64,000 bases of DNA, from NCBI GenBank assembly GCA_964426735.1, contig CAYRRP010000002.1, positions 70,582 through 134,581 of the forward strand. The letters run 5' to 3'. Source of the DNA: an uncultured Candidatus Saccharibacteria bacterium (lineage in GTDB: Bacteria > Patescibacteriota > Minisyncoccia > Phycocordibacterales > DATDWN01). The notes under the pieces are model-generated. The model ran no database searches. It saw only the letters and a list, made by a program, of their open reading frames with translations, and was not told the DNA's origin. Each line of letters begins with the position of its first letter. The first letter of the stretch is position 1. Both the position numbers and the translations under genes were made by a program. Positions 25,497 to 34,368 of the stretch are shown here, piece by piece.

Positions 25497-26123
25497 ATGC
25501 TCGTTTTTATAGATGATTCAGGGGATGCAGGATTTAAGATCGACAAGGGTTCAAGTCGATTTTTTGTAATTGCACTTGTTATTTTTGATGATGAATTAGA
25601 AGCAGAAAAAACAGCCATTGCTATTAAAGAGTTACGAAGAGAATTAGATTTTCCTGCAGATGTTGAATTTAAATTTGCCAAATCAAAACCTTCAGTTCGC
25701 GAGAAATTTTTACAAGCGGTCACACCTTTTAATTTTAGAATAAGATCCTTGGTTGTCGATAAAAAGAAGATATATAGTCCTGAACTACAAAATAATAAAA
25801 ATTCATTTTATAGTTACATTATCAAAATGGTTCTAAAGCATAGTGATGGTTTTATCTCCAATGCGAAATTAAAAATTGACGGTAGTGGAGATCGTATCTT
25901 TCGAAAGAATTTCCTCACTTATTTAAGAAAAGAGCTAAATAACACTGATTATAAGATAATGGCTCAGTGTAGGCTTGTAGATTCGAAAAGTAATGTACTG
26001 ATACAAATGGCCGATATGATAGCGGGGACTATTCGCAGATCATATGATGAAGGCAAAAAAGATGGAGTTCAATTAAAGAAAATTATAAAGAAGCATATTC
26101 AAAACGAATGGGAATTTAAATAG
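25497..26123 (+). CDS. DUF3800-like protein (RNase H-like fold family); AT-rich accessory gene
   Basis: Starts MLVFIDDSGDAG, the typical DUF3800 N-terminus, 11 nt after the smc stop. A late motif LIQMADMIAGTI is present. Local GC is markedly lower than in smc. Confidence 0.5.
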   Translation: MLVFIDDSGDAGFKIDKGSSRFFVIALVIFDDELEAEKTAIAIKELRRELDFPADVEFKFAKSKPSVREKFLQAVTPFNFRIRSLVVDKKKIYSPELQNNKNSFYSYIIKMVLKHSDGFISNAKLKIDGSGDRIFRKNFLTYLRKELNNTDYKIMAQCRLVDSKSNVLIQMADMIAGTIRRSYDEGKKDGVQLKKIIKKHIQNEWEFK

Positions 26124-26130
26124 GTATAAG

Positions 26131-26156
26131 AAAAAACCCTTTCGGGCTTTTTCCAA
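26131..26156 (+). terminator. Weak intrinsic terminator AAAAAACCC-TTTC-GGGCTTTTT
   Basis: Short GC stem with flanking A/T runs after the DUF3800-like gene. Confidence 0.4.
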
Positions 26157-26379
26157 CCACGCTCCTAGACTAGGTGTCCTAGCCACGCCACCGTCCGGTG
26201 ACTGTTTGGAATACAGGTTTGTGTACATACACAATACCAGGTTTTAGATGATTAGGCAATGAAGAAGTGGATAACTCAGTCGTCGACTATTTGTCGACAA
26301 CTGAACCTATAAATATTTGAGGTTGTGATATTTTGTCATGGGTTGAAGTTAGAGGCTTTAAATGAGAAAATAAACCATT

Positions 26380-26766
26380 ATGAAATTTAAAAATGATAAA
26401 TTCAAAAAGTCACGAGGGGGATATTCACGTCTCTTGCAAATTTCCTGTCGAAAGTGCAACTCAGTAGTTTGTTTATATCAAAAAGATGGACCCGGTAGCC
26501 TTCGCCGAATGTATATAGATCGAATGATTGAACCTAAAGTTTCCGTTTTAAGAAAAGATTTAACTTGTCAAAAGGATCACTTATTGGGTGTAAAAATTAT
26601 TTGGGAAAAAGAAAATCGTCCGGCTTTTAGACTGTTTGTTGATTCAGTAAGTAAAAAGATAGTTAAATTCGAAGACTTTGAAGATGTTATGCTCGTAAAA
26701 ACAGTTGAAGAGCGTCTCAAAACAAAAGGGAAACTTCTGACACATGAGCAAGTGTGGGGTAAATAA
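26380..26766 (+). CDS. Hypothetical protein with N-terminal zinc-ribbon-like CRKCNSVVC (128 aa)
   Basis: AT-rich ORF. Hairpin terminator at 26767-26795. Confidence 0.45.
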   Translation: MKFKNDKFKKSRGGYSRLLQISCRKCNSVVCLYQKDGPGSLRRMYIDRMIEPKVSVLRKDLTCQKDHLLGVKIIWEKENRPAFRLFVDSVSKKIVKFEDFEDVMLVKTVEERLKTKGKLLTHEQVWGK

Positions 26767-26821
26767 AAAATCTGTACCCGGTACAGGTTTTTCTGTATGA
26801 TATAAAAAGGAGTGTACAAAA

Positions 26822-27010
26822 GTGCCCACATCGAAGCGTCCACCCGTTTTGCTTCCTGAAAATAGGTTGCAGATGAAGCCTGACCGTCAATTCAAAAAGA
26901 CTCTGATAAAAGTTGCTCAGACGGTTGAGAAAGAACTCGAAGAAGAGCGACAAACCAGAGGAGATCAGTCAAAAAGGATACAACGAATCCTCGGGACTGT
27001 CGTGAGATAA
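26822..27010 (+). CDS. Small basic protein (62 aa)
   Basis: GTG start 9 nt after an AAAAGGAG RBS. Followed by a strong bidirectional terminator. Confidence 0.4.
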   Translation: MPTSKRPPVLLPENRLQMKPDRQFKKTLIKVAQTVEKELEEERQTRGDQSKRIQRILGTVVR

Positions 27011-27033
27011 GGAGTTTGCCTATGCCGAATTTA

Positions 27034-27063
27034 AAAAACCGAGCTCGAAGAGCTCGGTTTTTC
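27034..27063. terminator. Bidirectional intrinsic terminator AAAAAACCGAGCTC-GAA-GAGCTCGGTTTTT
   Basis: Perfect 9-bp stem flanked by A-run and T-run. Lies between the convergent small gene and rnr. Confidence 0.85.
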
Positions 27064-27066
27064 ACA

Positions 27067-29031
27067 TTATTTCACAATTGCATAGTCGAGCAGTCTTTTT
27101 TCTAGGTCTGCAGCCATTACTTTAAATCGAACGGTGTCACCAAGGGTAATTTTCTTTCCTGTTTTTTGTCCGGTGATTGAGTAGGTTTTTGGATTGAAAT
27201 CAAACATGTCGTTAAAGAGTGTGCCGAGGTCTTTTGTTTTCATCATCCCTTCACATTTTGTTTCTTTTTCTTCTATGTAGATACCCCAATCCGTCACACC
27301 AGTGATGGTGCCAGTAAACTCTTCACCGACATGCTCCTGCATGTATTCAACTTGTTTGTATTTGATAGAGCCACGTTCTGCATCCGCTGCTTGTTTCTCA
27401 CGGTCAGAACATTCCATGCTTACTTTTTCGTAGTATGCATATTCATCTTGCTCAATTTTTCCGGTTTTTAATTCTCGTTCCAGAAGTCGATGTACGATCA
27501 GGTCAGGGTAGCGACGGATCGGTGAAGTAAAGTGTGCATAGTAGGTAAAGCCTAAGCCGAAATGCCCAATGTTTTTTGTAGAATAAATCGCTTTCGCCAT
27601 TGAGCGGATTGTTGCTGTCTTGATAAGCTCTTCGTTTGGGTTGCCTTCGACTTGTCGGAGGAGAGTATTGATATCTTTTGCAGTTACCTCACCATCTTTA
27701 ACTTTGAGTTCAAAACCAAGTGCTTTGAGGAATGTTGCCAAATCCTCAATTCGTTCCTTGTTTGGTGCATCGTGGATACGGTAGACAGACTGTGCACCTT
27801 TGCGGTTTGGTTTTTCATTTGATTTGAAGATGTATTCAGCTACTTCACGGTTTGCAAGAAGCATGTACTCTTCGATCATGCGATGAGTATCCTTGCGCTC
27901 TTTTCGATATACCTTGATTGGCTTGCCGGTCTCATCGAGTACAAACTTTACTTCATCAGTCTCAAAGTTGATTGCTCCATTTTCAAATTTTTTCTTTTCA
28001 AAAATCTTTGCAATCTCTCTCATGATTGAGAGATCGTCATGATGAGGTCCTTCTCCTTTGTCGAGTACTTCCTGAGCTTCTTCGTATGAGAAGCGGTGGT
28101 CTGAGTGAATGATTGTTTTTCCAAACGATTTGTCTTTGATTTCTCCTGTACGAGTAATATGAAAGACTGCAGAGAATGTGTATTTGTCTTCGTGTGGGTT
28201 CAGTGAACAGAGGTCGTTTGAAAGAATCTCGGGGAGCATCGGGATGGTGCGGTCTACGAGATATACCGAGAGAGCGCGACGGCGTCCTTCTGCATCGAGG
28301 AGTGTTCCTGGGCGTACAAAGTGAGATACGTCTGCGATGTGCACGCCGATTTCGTAGAGGTCAGGGCCGATTGTTTTGATCGAAAGAGCATCGTCGAAGT
28401 CTTTTGCATCAGCAGGATCGATAGTAAAGGTGAGGACGTCTCGCATGTCTCGACGTACTTTTACTTGCTCTGCAATAGTCTCTGGTCGTGACTCTTCTTC
28501 TTTTATCTTTTCTGCCTCTTCATCTACACCAGCAGGGAATTCAATCTGAAAACCTTTTTCGTAGACGATCGCTTGCATTTCGGTGTTGTGTTCACCTTTG
28601 CGTCCGATCACTCGGATGATTTCACCGACGGGTGCAGGTTGTTTTTCGTTCCAGCTTGTTACTTTTACTACCACCTTCATACCGACTTCTGCAAAACCAA
28701 GATCACCTTTTTCAAGAACAATATCTGTATACATGCGGCGGTCGTCAGGAATCATATAAAACATGTCGCCATGTTTGTCGACAGTACCTACAAACTCCAT
28801 GCGAGCACGTGAAATTACCTTAAGGACTTCACCTTGCGCTTTGCCCCACATAAGCTCGGGTCGTCGGCGTACTTCCACAGTATCTCCAGGGAACGCTTTG
28901 TTTAAAAATTCTTTTTGTATTTCAATTGTCTCATCTATCGCACCTTCTTTTGGTGGAACAGAAAAGTATCCAGTCCCTTTGCCTGAAATAGAAAGGGGAC
29001 CAGTGAGGGTTTCTTTTGTATCAATAGCCAT
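27067..29031 (-). CDS. rnr: Ribonuclease R (RNase II/R family exoribonuclease)
   Basis: RNB catalytic motifs (DFDDALS, HIADVSHFV). N-terminal cold-shock/OB domains. C-terminal S1 domain. Confidence 0.9.
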   Translation of the reverse strand: MAIDTKETLTGPLSISGKGTGYFSVPPKEGAIDETIEIQKEFLNKAFPGDTVEVRRRPELMWGKAQGEVLKVISRARMEFVGTVDKHGDMFYMIPDDRRMYTDIVLEKGDLGFAEVGMKVVVKVTSWNEKQPAPVGEIIRVIGRKGEHNTEMQAIVYEKGFQIEFPAGVDEEAEKIKEEESRPETIAEQVKVRRDMRDVLTFTIDPADAKDFDDALSIKTIGPDLYEIGVHIADVSHFVRPGTLLDAEGRRRALSVYLVDRTIPMLPEILSNDLCSLNPHEDKYTFSAVFHITRTGEIKDKSFGKTIIHSDHRFSYEEAQEVLDKGEGPHHDDLSIMREIAKIFEKKKFENGAINFETDEVKFVLDETGKPIKVYRKERKDTHRMIEEYMLLANREVAEYIFKSNEKPNRKGAQSVYRIHDAPNKERIEDLATFLKALGFELKVKDGEVTAKDINTLLRQVEGNPNEELIKTATIRSMAKAIYSTKNIGHFGLGFTYYAHFTSPIRRYPDLIVHRLLERELKTGKIEQDEYAYYEKVSMECSDREKQAADAERGSIKYKQVEYMQEHVGEEFTGTITGVTDWGIYIEEKETKCEGMMKTKDLGTLFNDMFDFNPKTYSITGQKTGKKITLGDTVRFKVMAADLEKRLLDYAIVK

Positions 29032-29069
29032 ATGGGGATACTATATCAGAAATTATCAAATCGATATAT

Positions 29070-29098
29070 TTGACTTGTAATATCAAATATGGTAGAAT
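29070..29098 (+). promoter_or_regulatory. Near-perfect sigma70 promoter TTGACT-17-TAGAAT with extended -10 (TGg)
   Basis: Consensus -35, 17-nt spacer and TGGTAGAAT. Drives a 36-codon ORF. Confidence 0.7.
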
Positions 29099-29120
29099 CT
29101 GAATTAGATTGGAGGTGGCT

Positions 29121-29231
29121 ATGAAAGTCACGTTTAAAGATGTATTGTCTGCACGTGCGGGCAAAACCAATACTACGATTCGGGTCATTGTGGCTCGGAT
29201 CCTGTGTTGGATAAAAAGGAGAAAGAAGTGA
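29121..29231 (+). CDS. Small ORF (36 aa) MKVTFKDVLSARAGKTNTTIRVIVARILCWIKRRKK with strong promoter and GGAGGTG RBS
   Basis: RBS GGAGG lies 5 nt upstream of the ATG. Hydrophobic core and poly-basic C-terminus. Not in the ORF track because it is below the length cut-off. Confidence 0.4.
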   Translation: MKVTFKDVLSARAGKTNTTIRVIVARILCWIKRRKK

Positions 29232-29246
29232 GGGGCGTCGTGTATA

Positions 29247-29912
29247 TTATGCGGCGTCCTTTTGAGTATTTTTTACTTCTTTATTGTATATATCCTCAAC
29301 AAGATCGTCTGTTTTTTGTAGATCAATTTCATGTACAATTGATAGTGTTGCAGCACGACCCCAGTTATTTGATGTGTCTCGTTTATGATCGGTATTTTCT
29401 CCTCGCACAGATCTCACTATATATAAAAATTTTCTTCTATCTGCGCGAAATATATCCTCATACGTTTCGCTATAGTAAGCCATTGCGCGGTTATCTCTAT
29501 CATCAATTTCAGTTCCGTTGATTGTCCACTCAGAATCTGTTGGAATAATCTTATTGTTGGTTGCGTGGTATCCAAGTGTGTACCCATTTGATTCGGCTTG
29601 TGTCGCCAATGTAAGGACGATATCGTGAATAGTTTGATCCTCATCTTCTACTGCTTTTATGTATCGAGGGAAGTTTTTTATCCGGAGCTCTCTTGGCATA
29701 GAAAGGACACCTTTTATTTGTGTTTCAGATAAAAGGGAAAGTTCTTCTGTGAAGTTTTGAATCATTTTCTCGTCAGCACCTGAGTCTTCAAGATCGTGTA
29801 TAAATGCAGAAATGATTTCGTTAATCACTATTGTTTCAAATATTGTTTCTTTTGAAATAGTAATAGATTCTTGTTTGGTAGCTGGGGCCGGTTCGGGTGT
29901 GAATTTTTCCAT
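29247..29912 (-). CDS. Hypothetical acidic protein (221 aa)
   Basis: Clean ORF. No family recognised. Confidence 0.5.
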   Translation of the reverse strand: MEKFTPEPAPATKQESITISKETIFETIVINEIISAFIHDLEDSGADEKMIQNFTEELSLLSETQIKGVLSMPRELRIKNFPRYIKAVEDEDQTIHDIVLTLATQAESNGYTLGYHATNNKIIPTDSEWTINGTEIDDRDNRAMAYYSETYEDIFRADRRKFLYIVRSVRGENTDHKRDTSNNWGRAATLSIVHEIDLQKTDDLVEDIYNKEVKNTQKDAA

Positions 29913-30002
29913 ATGTATACTATATTAGAACAATAGTTGCATTTAATAAAGGTATTACAGGTATTATTGACTCGTCGACCTATTTTTGTTACTATCTAAG
30001 CC

Positions 30003-30446
30003 ATGTTAAAAATACGATTACAGCGAACAGGGCGAAAGAACGAACCGACATTCCGGCTCGTATTGACCGACTCAAAAAATTCAACAAAGAGTGGGCGATT
30101 TTTAGAAGTGCTTGGAAACTATGATTCACGAAAAGGTGAAAAGGCAGAGTTTAAATCTGACCGAATTTCACACTGGATGACTATGGGTGCCCAGGTGTCT
30201 GATACTGTACACAACCTCTTGGTAGACAAGAAAATTGTTACAGGAAAGAAACTCAACAAACTTCCAAAGAAAAGTGCTCCTGTAAAAGAAGTGGTAGCGG
30301 AAGCTCCTGCTCCTGAGGTAAAAGTGGAGGCTGCTCCAGCACCAGCTCCCGCTGCACCTGTAGAGGAAGCTCCAGTGACTGAAGCTGCTCCTGTAGAAGA
30401 AGCTCTTGCTTCAACTGAAGCACCTGCAGAAGAAGCGGTCGCTTAG
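30003..30446 (+). CDS. rpsP: 30S ribosomal protein S16 with Ala/Pro/Glu-rich C-terminal extension
   Basis: Motif MLKIRLQRTGRKNEPTFRLVLTDSKNSTKSGRFLEVLGNYD. Confidence 0.9.
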   Translation: MLKIRLQRTGRKNEPTFRLVLTDSKNSTKSGRFLEVLGNYDSRKGEKAEFKSDRISHWMTMGAQVSDTVHNLLVDKKIVTGKKLNKLPKKSAPVKEVVAEAPAPEVKVEAAPAPAPAAPVEEAPVTEAAPVEEALASTEAPAEEAVA

Positions 30447-30659
30447 GTTCCTTATAATCTGAATATTTGAGCAAGGTTCTAGGCGGACAAGAAAAATAAT
30501 TGGAGACATACTGTCGTATGATGAGGATTATTTTTTGAAGTCCAACAACGAAATTTGCCAAATATGCAGATTATAGTAAAAGTTATCCGTTGACGTGCTC
30601 TTGCACCTCAACATACAATTATACTGTACTACCTTTACCAGTAACTGAATGCATATTTT

Positions 30660-30974
30660 ATGGAACACGATACACAATTTTTAGACTTTGTTATTAAAGC
30701 ACTTGTAGAAAACCCACAGGATGTAAAGATCAATCGAACTGTTGATGAGATGGGCGTATTGATGACTTTGGATGTAAATCCAGCAGACATGGGTAAAATC
30801 ATTGGACGAGAAGGGAATACGGCGAAAGCAATCCGAACACTTTTGCGAGTAGTAGGAATGAAAAACAACGCTCGAGTAAACCTCAAGATCAATGAGCCAG
30901 CAGGAGGGATGGAAAAAAGCTCTTCATCTGCGACAAAATCGCTCGACGACGCAATGGCTGACCTCAAGCTTTAA
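30660..30974 (+). CDS. KH-domain RNA-binding protein (YlqC/UPF0109 family)
   Basis: Motif GKIIGREGNTAKAIRTLL. Conserved position after rpsP. Confidence 0.8.
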   Translation: MEHDTQFLDFVIKALVENPQDVKINRTVDEMGVLMTLDVNPADMGKIIGREGNTAKAIRTLLRVVGMKNNARVNLKINEPAGGMEKSSSSATKSLDDAMADLKL

Positions 30975-31077
30975 TTAAGGAAACAAAAACCACTCGATTT
31001 GAGTGGTTTTTGTTTATCTCGAAAAAGTTGCACGTTTGTCTTTTTTATGTTTTTATAGTCGCAGGAGCTAACAAAAA

Positions 31078-31554
31078 ATGAGAGTAGAACGGAGTGTTAG
31101 ACTCGATCTGACCATGCATCACTACAACAAGCCGGGTCACGATGAGTACTACGCAGGGAGAATGAAAGCAACTCTTCCGAATCAGTCAGTGTCGTTTGAG
31201 GTCGAGGTTTATAACCCGGATGACGAAAAACTTCTCGAAGTTGTCATTCGGAAAGAGGGGTTCCAGGTTGTGAAGATACAACCTGGTTCGGAAGTTCATT
31301 TCGATGACGGCGCTCCTGGGGGGATAGTTGTCTTCGCTGTGTTTGCACGTCTGATTTTTTCAGCGATTGCTCAGATTAAACTCCAGGAGGGGTTGGTATC
31401 GTGGGCTAATGTGACTCAAGGTATTCGTGCTCTTGCTGATGTAGAGCCTCTCCATCATCTTTCCTTCACTGAAACTGTGGAATGGTTGTATTCCGACAGG
31501 AGAGGTTTTGAGCATTTTACGCAAGCGGTGCTTGCCGAGTACTGTAAACATTAG
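31078..31554 (+). CDS. Hypothetical protein occupying the usual rimM slot of the rpsP operon
   Basis: 158-aa ORF with locally higher GC. No PRC-barrel or RimM motifs recognised. Confidence 0.5.
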   Translation: MRVERSVRLDLTMHHYNKPGHDEYYAGRMKATLPNQSVSFEVEVYNPDDEKLLEVVIRKEGFQVVKIQPGSEVHFDDGAPGGIVVFAVFARLIFSAIAQIKLQEGLVSWANVTQGIRALADVEPLHHLSFTETVEWLYSDRRGFEHFTQAVLAEYCKH

Positions 31555-31558
31555 TGGG

Positions 31559-31596
31559 AAGCCCGCATCTGATCTTCGGATCCGATGCGGGCTTTT
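31559..31596 (+). terminator. Intrinsic terminator AAGCCCGCATC...GATGCGGGCTTTTT
   Basis: 11-bp stem plus T-run. Confidence 0.8.
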
Positions 31597-31634
31597 TGAT
31601 TAAATAGACTTTAGTATAAAAATATTGTATAGTA

Positions 31635-32351
31635 ATGTTTATGCGATTTCATATTATAAGTCTTTTTCCACAGGCGTTCGACTCCTACATCGGTGAGTCG
31701 ATTATTAAACGTGCAATTGAAGATAAAAAAATCAGCATCTCTTTTTATAATCCACGCGATTATGCTGATGATAAATGGAAACGAGTCGATCAAAAGCCGT
31801 ATGCGGGAGGACCAGGGATGGTGATCCAGGCATTGCCTGTGGCTAAAGCTATTGATGTTGCTTTAAAGTCGGCAGAAAAGAGTCATAAGTCATTAGTAAA
31901 AAAAATACAGAGGTCAAAAAAGAAACTATTGACTCAGGACTGTAAACTGTCTACTAAGATAATTTTCCTTTCGCCTGCTGGAAAACAATTTGATACTCCA
32001 TATGCCAAAAAATCAGCAAAAAAGTACACTGATATTATTATTGTCTGCGGACGCTATGAAGGTATTGATGCTCGTGTACAGAAAATGTTTAAAATGGAAG
32101 AGGTGTCAGTAGGTCCGTTTGTTCTCACTGGTGGAGAGCTTCCTGCACTTATCATGATTGATTGTATTTCACGGCAGGTGGAAGGAGTACTTGGAAACTT
32201 TTCATCACTCGAAGAGACTCGGACTGCAAGTAAAGATTCATATACTCGACCAGAGATTATTGAATATAAAGGAAAGAAATATAAAGTACCGAAGGTGCTT
32301 CTCTCAGGGGATCATAAAAAGATTGAAGCATGGAGAGAAAAACATAAATAA
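31635..32351 (+). CDS. trmD: tRNA (guanine37-N1)-methyltransferase
   Basis: Motif MRFHIISLFPQAFDSY...YAGGPGMV and the SPOUT C-terminus. The start could equally be the ATG at 31641. Confidence 0.85.
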   Translation: MFMRFHIISLFPQAFDSYIGESIIKRAIEDKKISISFYNPRDYADDKWKRVDQKPYAGGPGMVIQALPVAKAIDVALKSAEKSHKSLVKKIQRSKKKLLTQDCKLSTKIIFLSPAGKQFDTPYAKKSAKKYTDIIIVCGRYEGIDARVQKMFKMEEVSVGPFVLTGGELPALIMIDCISRQVEGVLGNFSSLEETRTASKDSYTRPEIIEYKGKKYKVPKVLLSGDHKKIEAWREKHK

Positions 32352-32392
32352 AAAAGACGGCTGGACCTTGGAGGGTCCAGCCATTTTGTTTG

Positions 32393-33244
32393 TTAGAGGA
32401 AGATTGTTTCTCCATCGTACGGCATGTTCACCTGGGCGACTACGTCGTGTGACGCAATTTGTATTCCTGGTGTAAGTACCGATCTGATAAAATCGTTAGG
32501 TATCGGAGGTCCATCACGATGGACAAGTACTAAATGTGTTTTTGCACCAGAAGTGCTTGCGTCACTCCAATGCCCCATTGTTTGATGGACCAGGCCAGGA
32601 TGATTATGCCCGTGCCCTGGCCGGTATCTTTCCTCGCTATCGTATTCCATGTCGAGGATGATCATGTCTGCGTTTTTACTCCATTGTGCAAAATCAGCTT
32701 GATGTTGATGGGTTGCGAGTTCACAATCTGTCGCCACCACAATCGTTTGCCCAAGAGCCTCGATTCGAAATCCTGTAGAAACATCCGAGCCATGGGGGAG
32801 TTCGTAATCGGTTATTTTGACACCATATCTTTGGAATGATGGCAGGTTACTTGGACATACAAACTGCATAGGTATCGGGTGCAGTGGCGGAGACACCAAT
32901 CTGTTCATTTCCATGAGTGCATACTCGGTTATAAGGCACGAGGTGTTTTCCAACATACCAAAAAGGTACTTATTGAATCGGACCCCGATTATATGGTCTG
33001 AGTGTAGATGTGTCTGCAAGAGAATCATCCGTTGAGGTTTTTGTCTAGTCATGAATTCCATGACATTGTGGATGCCGGTACCGTTATCGATAATGATACC
33101 GACCGACAGGTTTTCATTGGTTGCGGGGATGTAAATCCCATAACATGTGGTGAATCCGTTGCGTGGTCCGAAAGGAGAGACTCCTCCAAAGCAAATCTCG
33201 ATCTTTCTTGATAGAGTGTGTACTGCTGAGTGTATGGTGCTCAT
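32393..33244 (-). CDS. MBL-fold metallo-hydrolase (RNase Z-like)
   Basis: HxHxDH motif LLQTHLHSDHIIG. Additional His/Asp ligands are present. Confidence 0.7.
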   Translation of the reverse strand: MSTIHSAVHTLSRKIEICFGGVSPFGPRNGFTTCYGIYIPATNENLSVGIIIDNGTGIHNVMEFMTRQKPQRMILLQTHLHSDHIIGVRFNKYLFGMLENTSCLITEYALMEMNRLVSPPLHPIPMQFVCPSNLPSFQRYGVKITDYELPHGSDVSTGFRIEALGQTIVVATDCELATHQHQADFAQWSKNADMIILDMEYDSEERYRPGHGHNHPGLVHQTMGHWSDASTSGAKTHLVLVHRDGPPIPNDFIRSVLTPGIQIASHDVVAQVNMPYDGETIFL

Positions 33245-33318
33245 TCTGAGTATAAAACTACATTTTTCTGATTTGTTGTCAACAAGTCTGAAATTTCTTA
33301 CAATGATATAATCGATCT

Positions 33319-33954
33319 ATGAATATCACAAAATATGGACACTGCTGTTTGCTTATTGATATTGAAGGGGTAAGGATTCTCACTGACCCTGGTTCGTATT
33401 CAACACTCCAATCAGAAGCTCGGGATGTAGATGTGGTTTTGATTACTCATGAGCATCCGGATCATTTGCATATTGATTCACTTAAAGACGTACTTTCAAA
33501 AAACTCAAATGCACAAGTAGTAACAAATACAAGCGTCGGTAAACTTTTGGAAGCAGAAGGGATTGTGTATCACAACGTCTCACATGGAGAGAAAATAGAT
33601 ATGAAAGGAATTGTAATTGAAGGGTTTGGAGAAAAACATGAAGAAATTTATAAAGATTTTGGACAGGTAGAAAATACAGGATATTACATTGGCGGTAAGT
33701 TTTTCTACCCGGGAGATGCTTTCTTTAATCCAAAAAGACCAGTCGATGTGCTTGCTCTTCCGGTGTCAGGTCCGTGGTGTAGTATTCATGACGCCGTGGA
33801 GTATGCACTTACTATAAAACCACGAATTGCTTTTCCGGTTCACGATGGTTTTACACCACTTCCAGGCTCAGTGCATGGTATTCCAAAAAAATATCTTCCA
33901 GAAGCAGGGATTGATTTTGTGGTGATTGGTGTTGGGGAAACAAAAGAATTTTAA
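33319..33954 (+). CDS. MBL-fold metal-dependent hydrolase (UPF0173-like)
   Basis: Motif LITHEHPDHL (HxHxDH). 211 aa. Confidence 0.7.
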   Translation: MNITKYGHCCLLIDIEGVRILTDPGSYSTLQSEARDVDVVLITHEHPDHLHIDSLKDVLSKNSNAQVVTNTSVGKLLEAEGIVYHNVSHGEKIDMKGIVIEGFGEKHEEIYKDFGQVENTGYYIGGKFFYPGDAFFNPKRPVDVLALPVSGPWCSIHDAVEYALTIKPRIAFPVHDGFTPLPGSVHGIPKKYLPEAGIDFVVIGVGETKEF

Positions 33955-33982
33955 AAAGCACCCTCCAGTGAGGGTGCTTTTG
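33954..33982. terminator. Bidirectional terminator AAAAGCACCCTC-CAGT-GAGGGTGCTTTT
   Basis: Perfect 8-bp stem flanked by A-run and T-run between convergent genes. Confidence 0.8.
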
Positions 33983-33995
33983 GTGTGGGTGTTCT

Positions 33996-34274
33996 TCAGA
34001 GTGTTTTCCAGGGTTTATGGTACTCGCAGAAAGCGAGTTCGTCGACACCATCTGTTTTGTAGACAGCTAGCTGTCCACAGTAGATTGGTCCACTTTGGAG
34101 ATCTTCCGTTGTGTGATAACAACACCGATGTGCTGTTTCGGTGTCGTGTATCTTTCGAAAAGATAAAGATCGATGGTCTTTTTCGATGTCCCTTTTTCTT
34201 AAATCATTTGGCAACCTGAAGTCGCCAGTGAACTGCTTCAGTATCCTCAAGACTTCTGCTTGGGTGGAATTCAT
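33996..34274 (-). CDS. Small Cys/His-rich hypothetical protein (92 aa)
   Basis: AGGAG RBS 8 nt upstream. Motif HRCCYH...YCGQ...FCEYH suggests a zinc-binding site. Confidence 0.45.
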   Translation of the reverse strand: MNSTQAEVLRILKQFTGDFRLPNDLRKRDIEKDHRSLSFRKIHDTETAHRCCYHTTEDLQSGPIYCGQLAVYKTDGVDELAFCEYHKPWKTL

Positions 34275-34368
34275 GTATAATCTCCTGGGTAAATCTTATA
34301 CTAATCTAGTTATTTTAATAATCTTTGTCAATTCAGTTGTTTGCAGACAGACATGATACAATACTCCC

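Noticed and set aside
29121-29231. Small ORF as ribosomal protein bL34 (MKxTF N-terminus)
   Set aside because: Only the first five residues resemble bL34. It lacks the Arg-rich core (GFRARM...ARRR), and the genomic context (not near rnpA/dnaA) does not support this.
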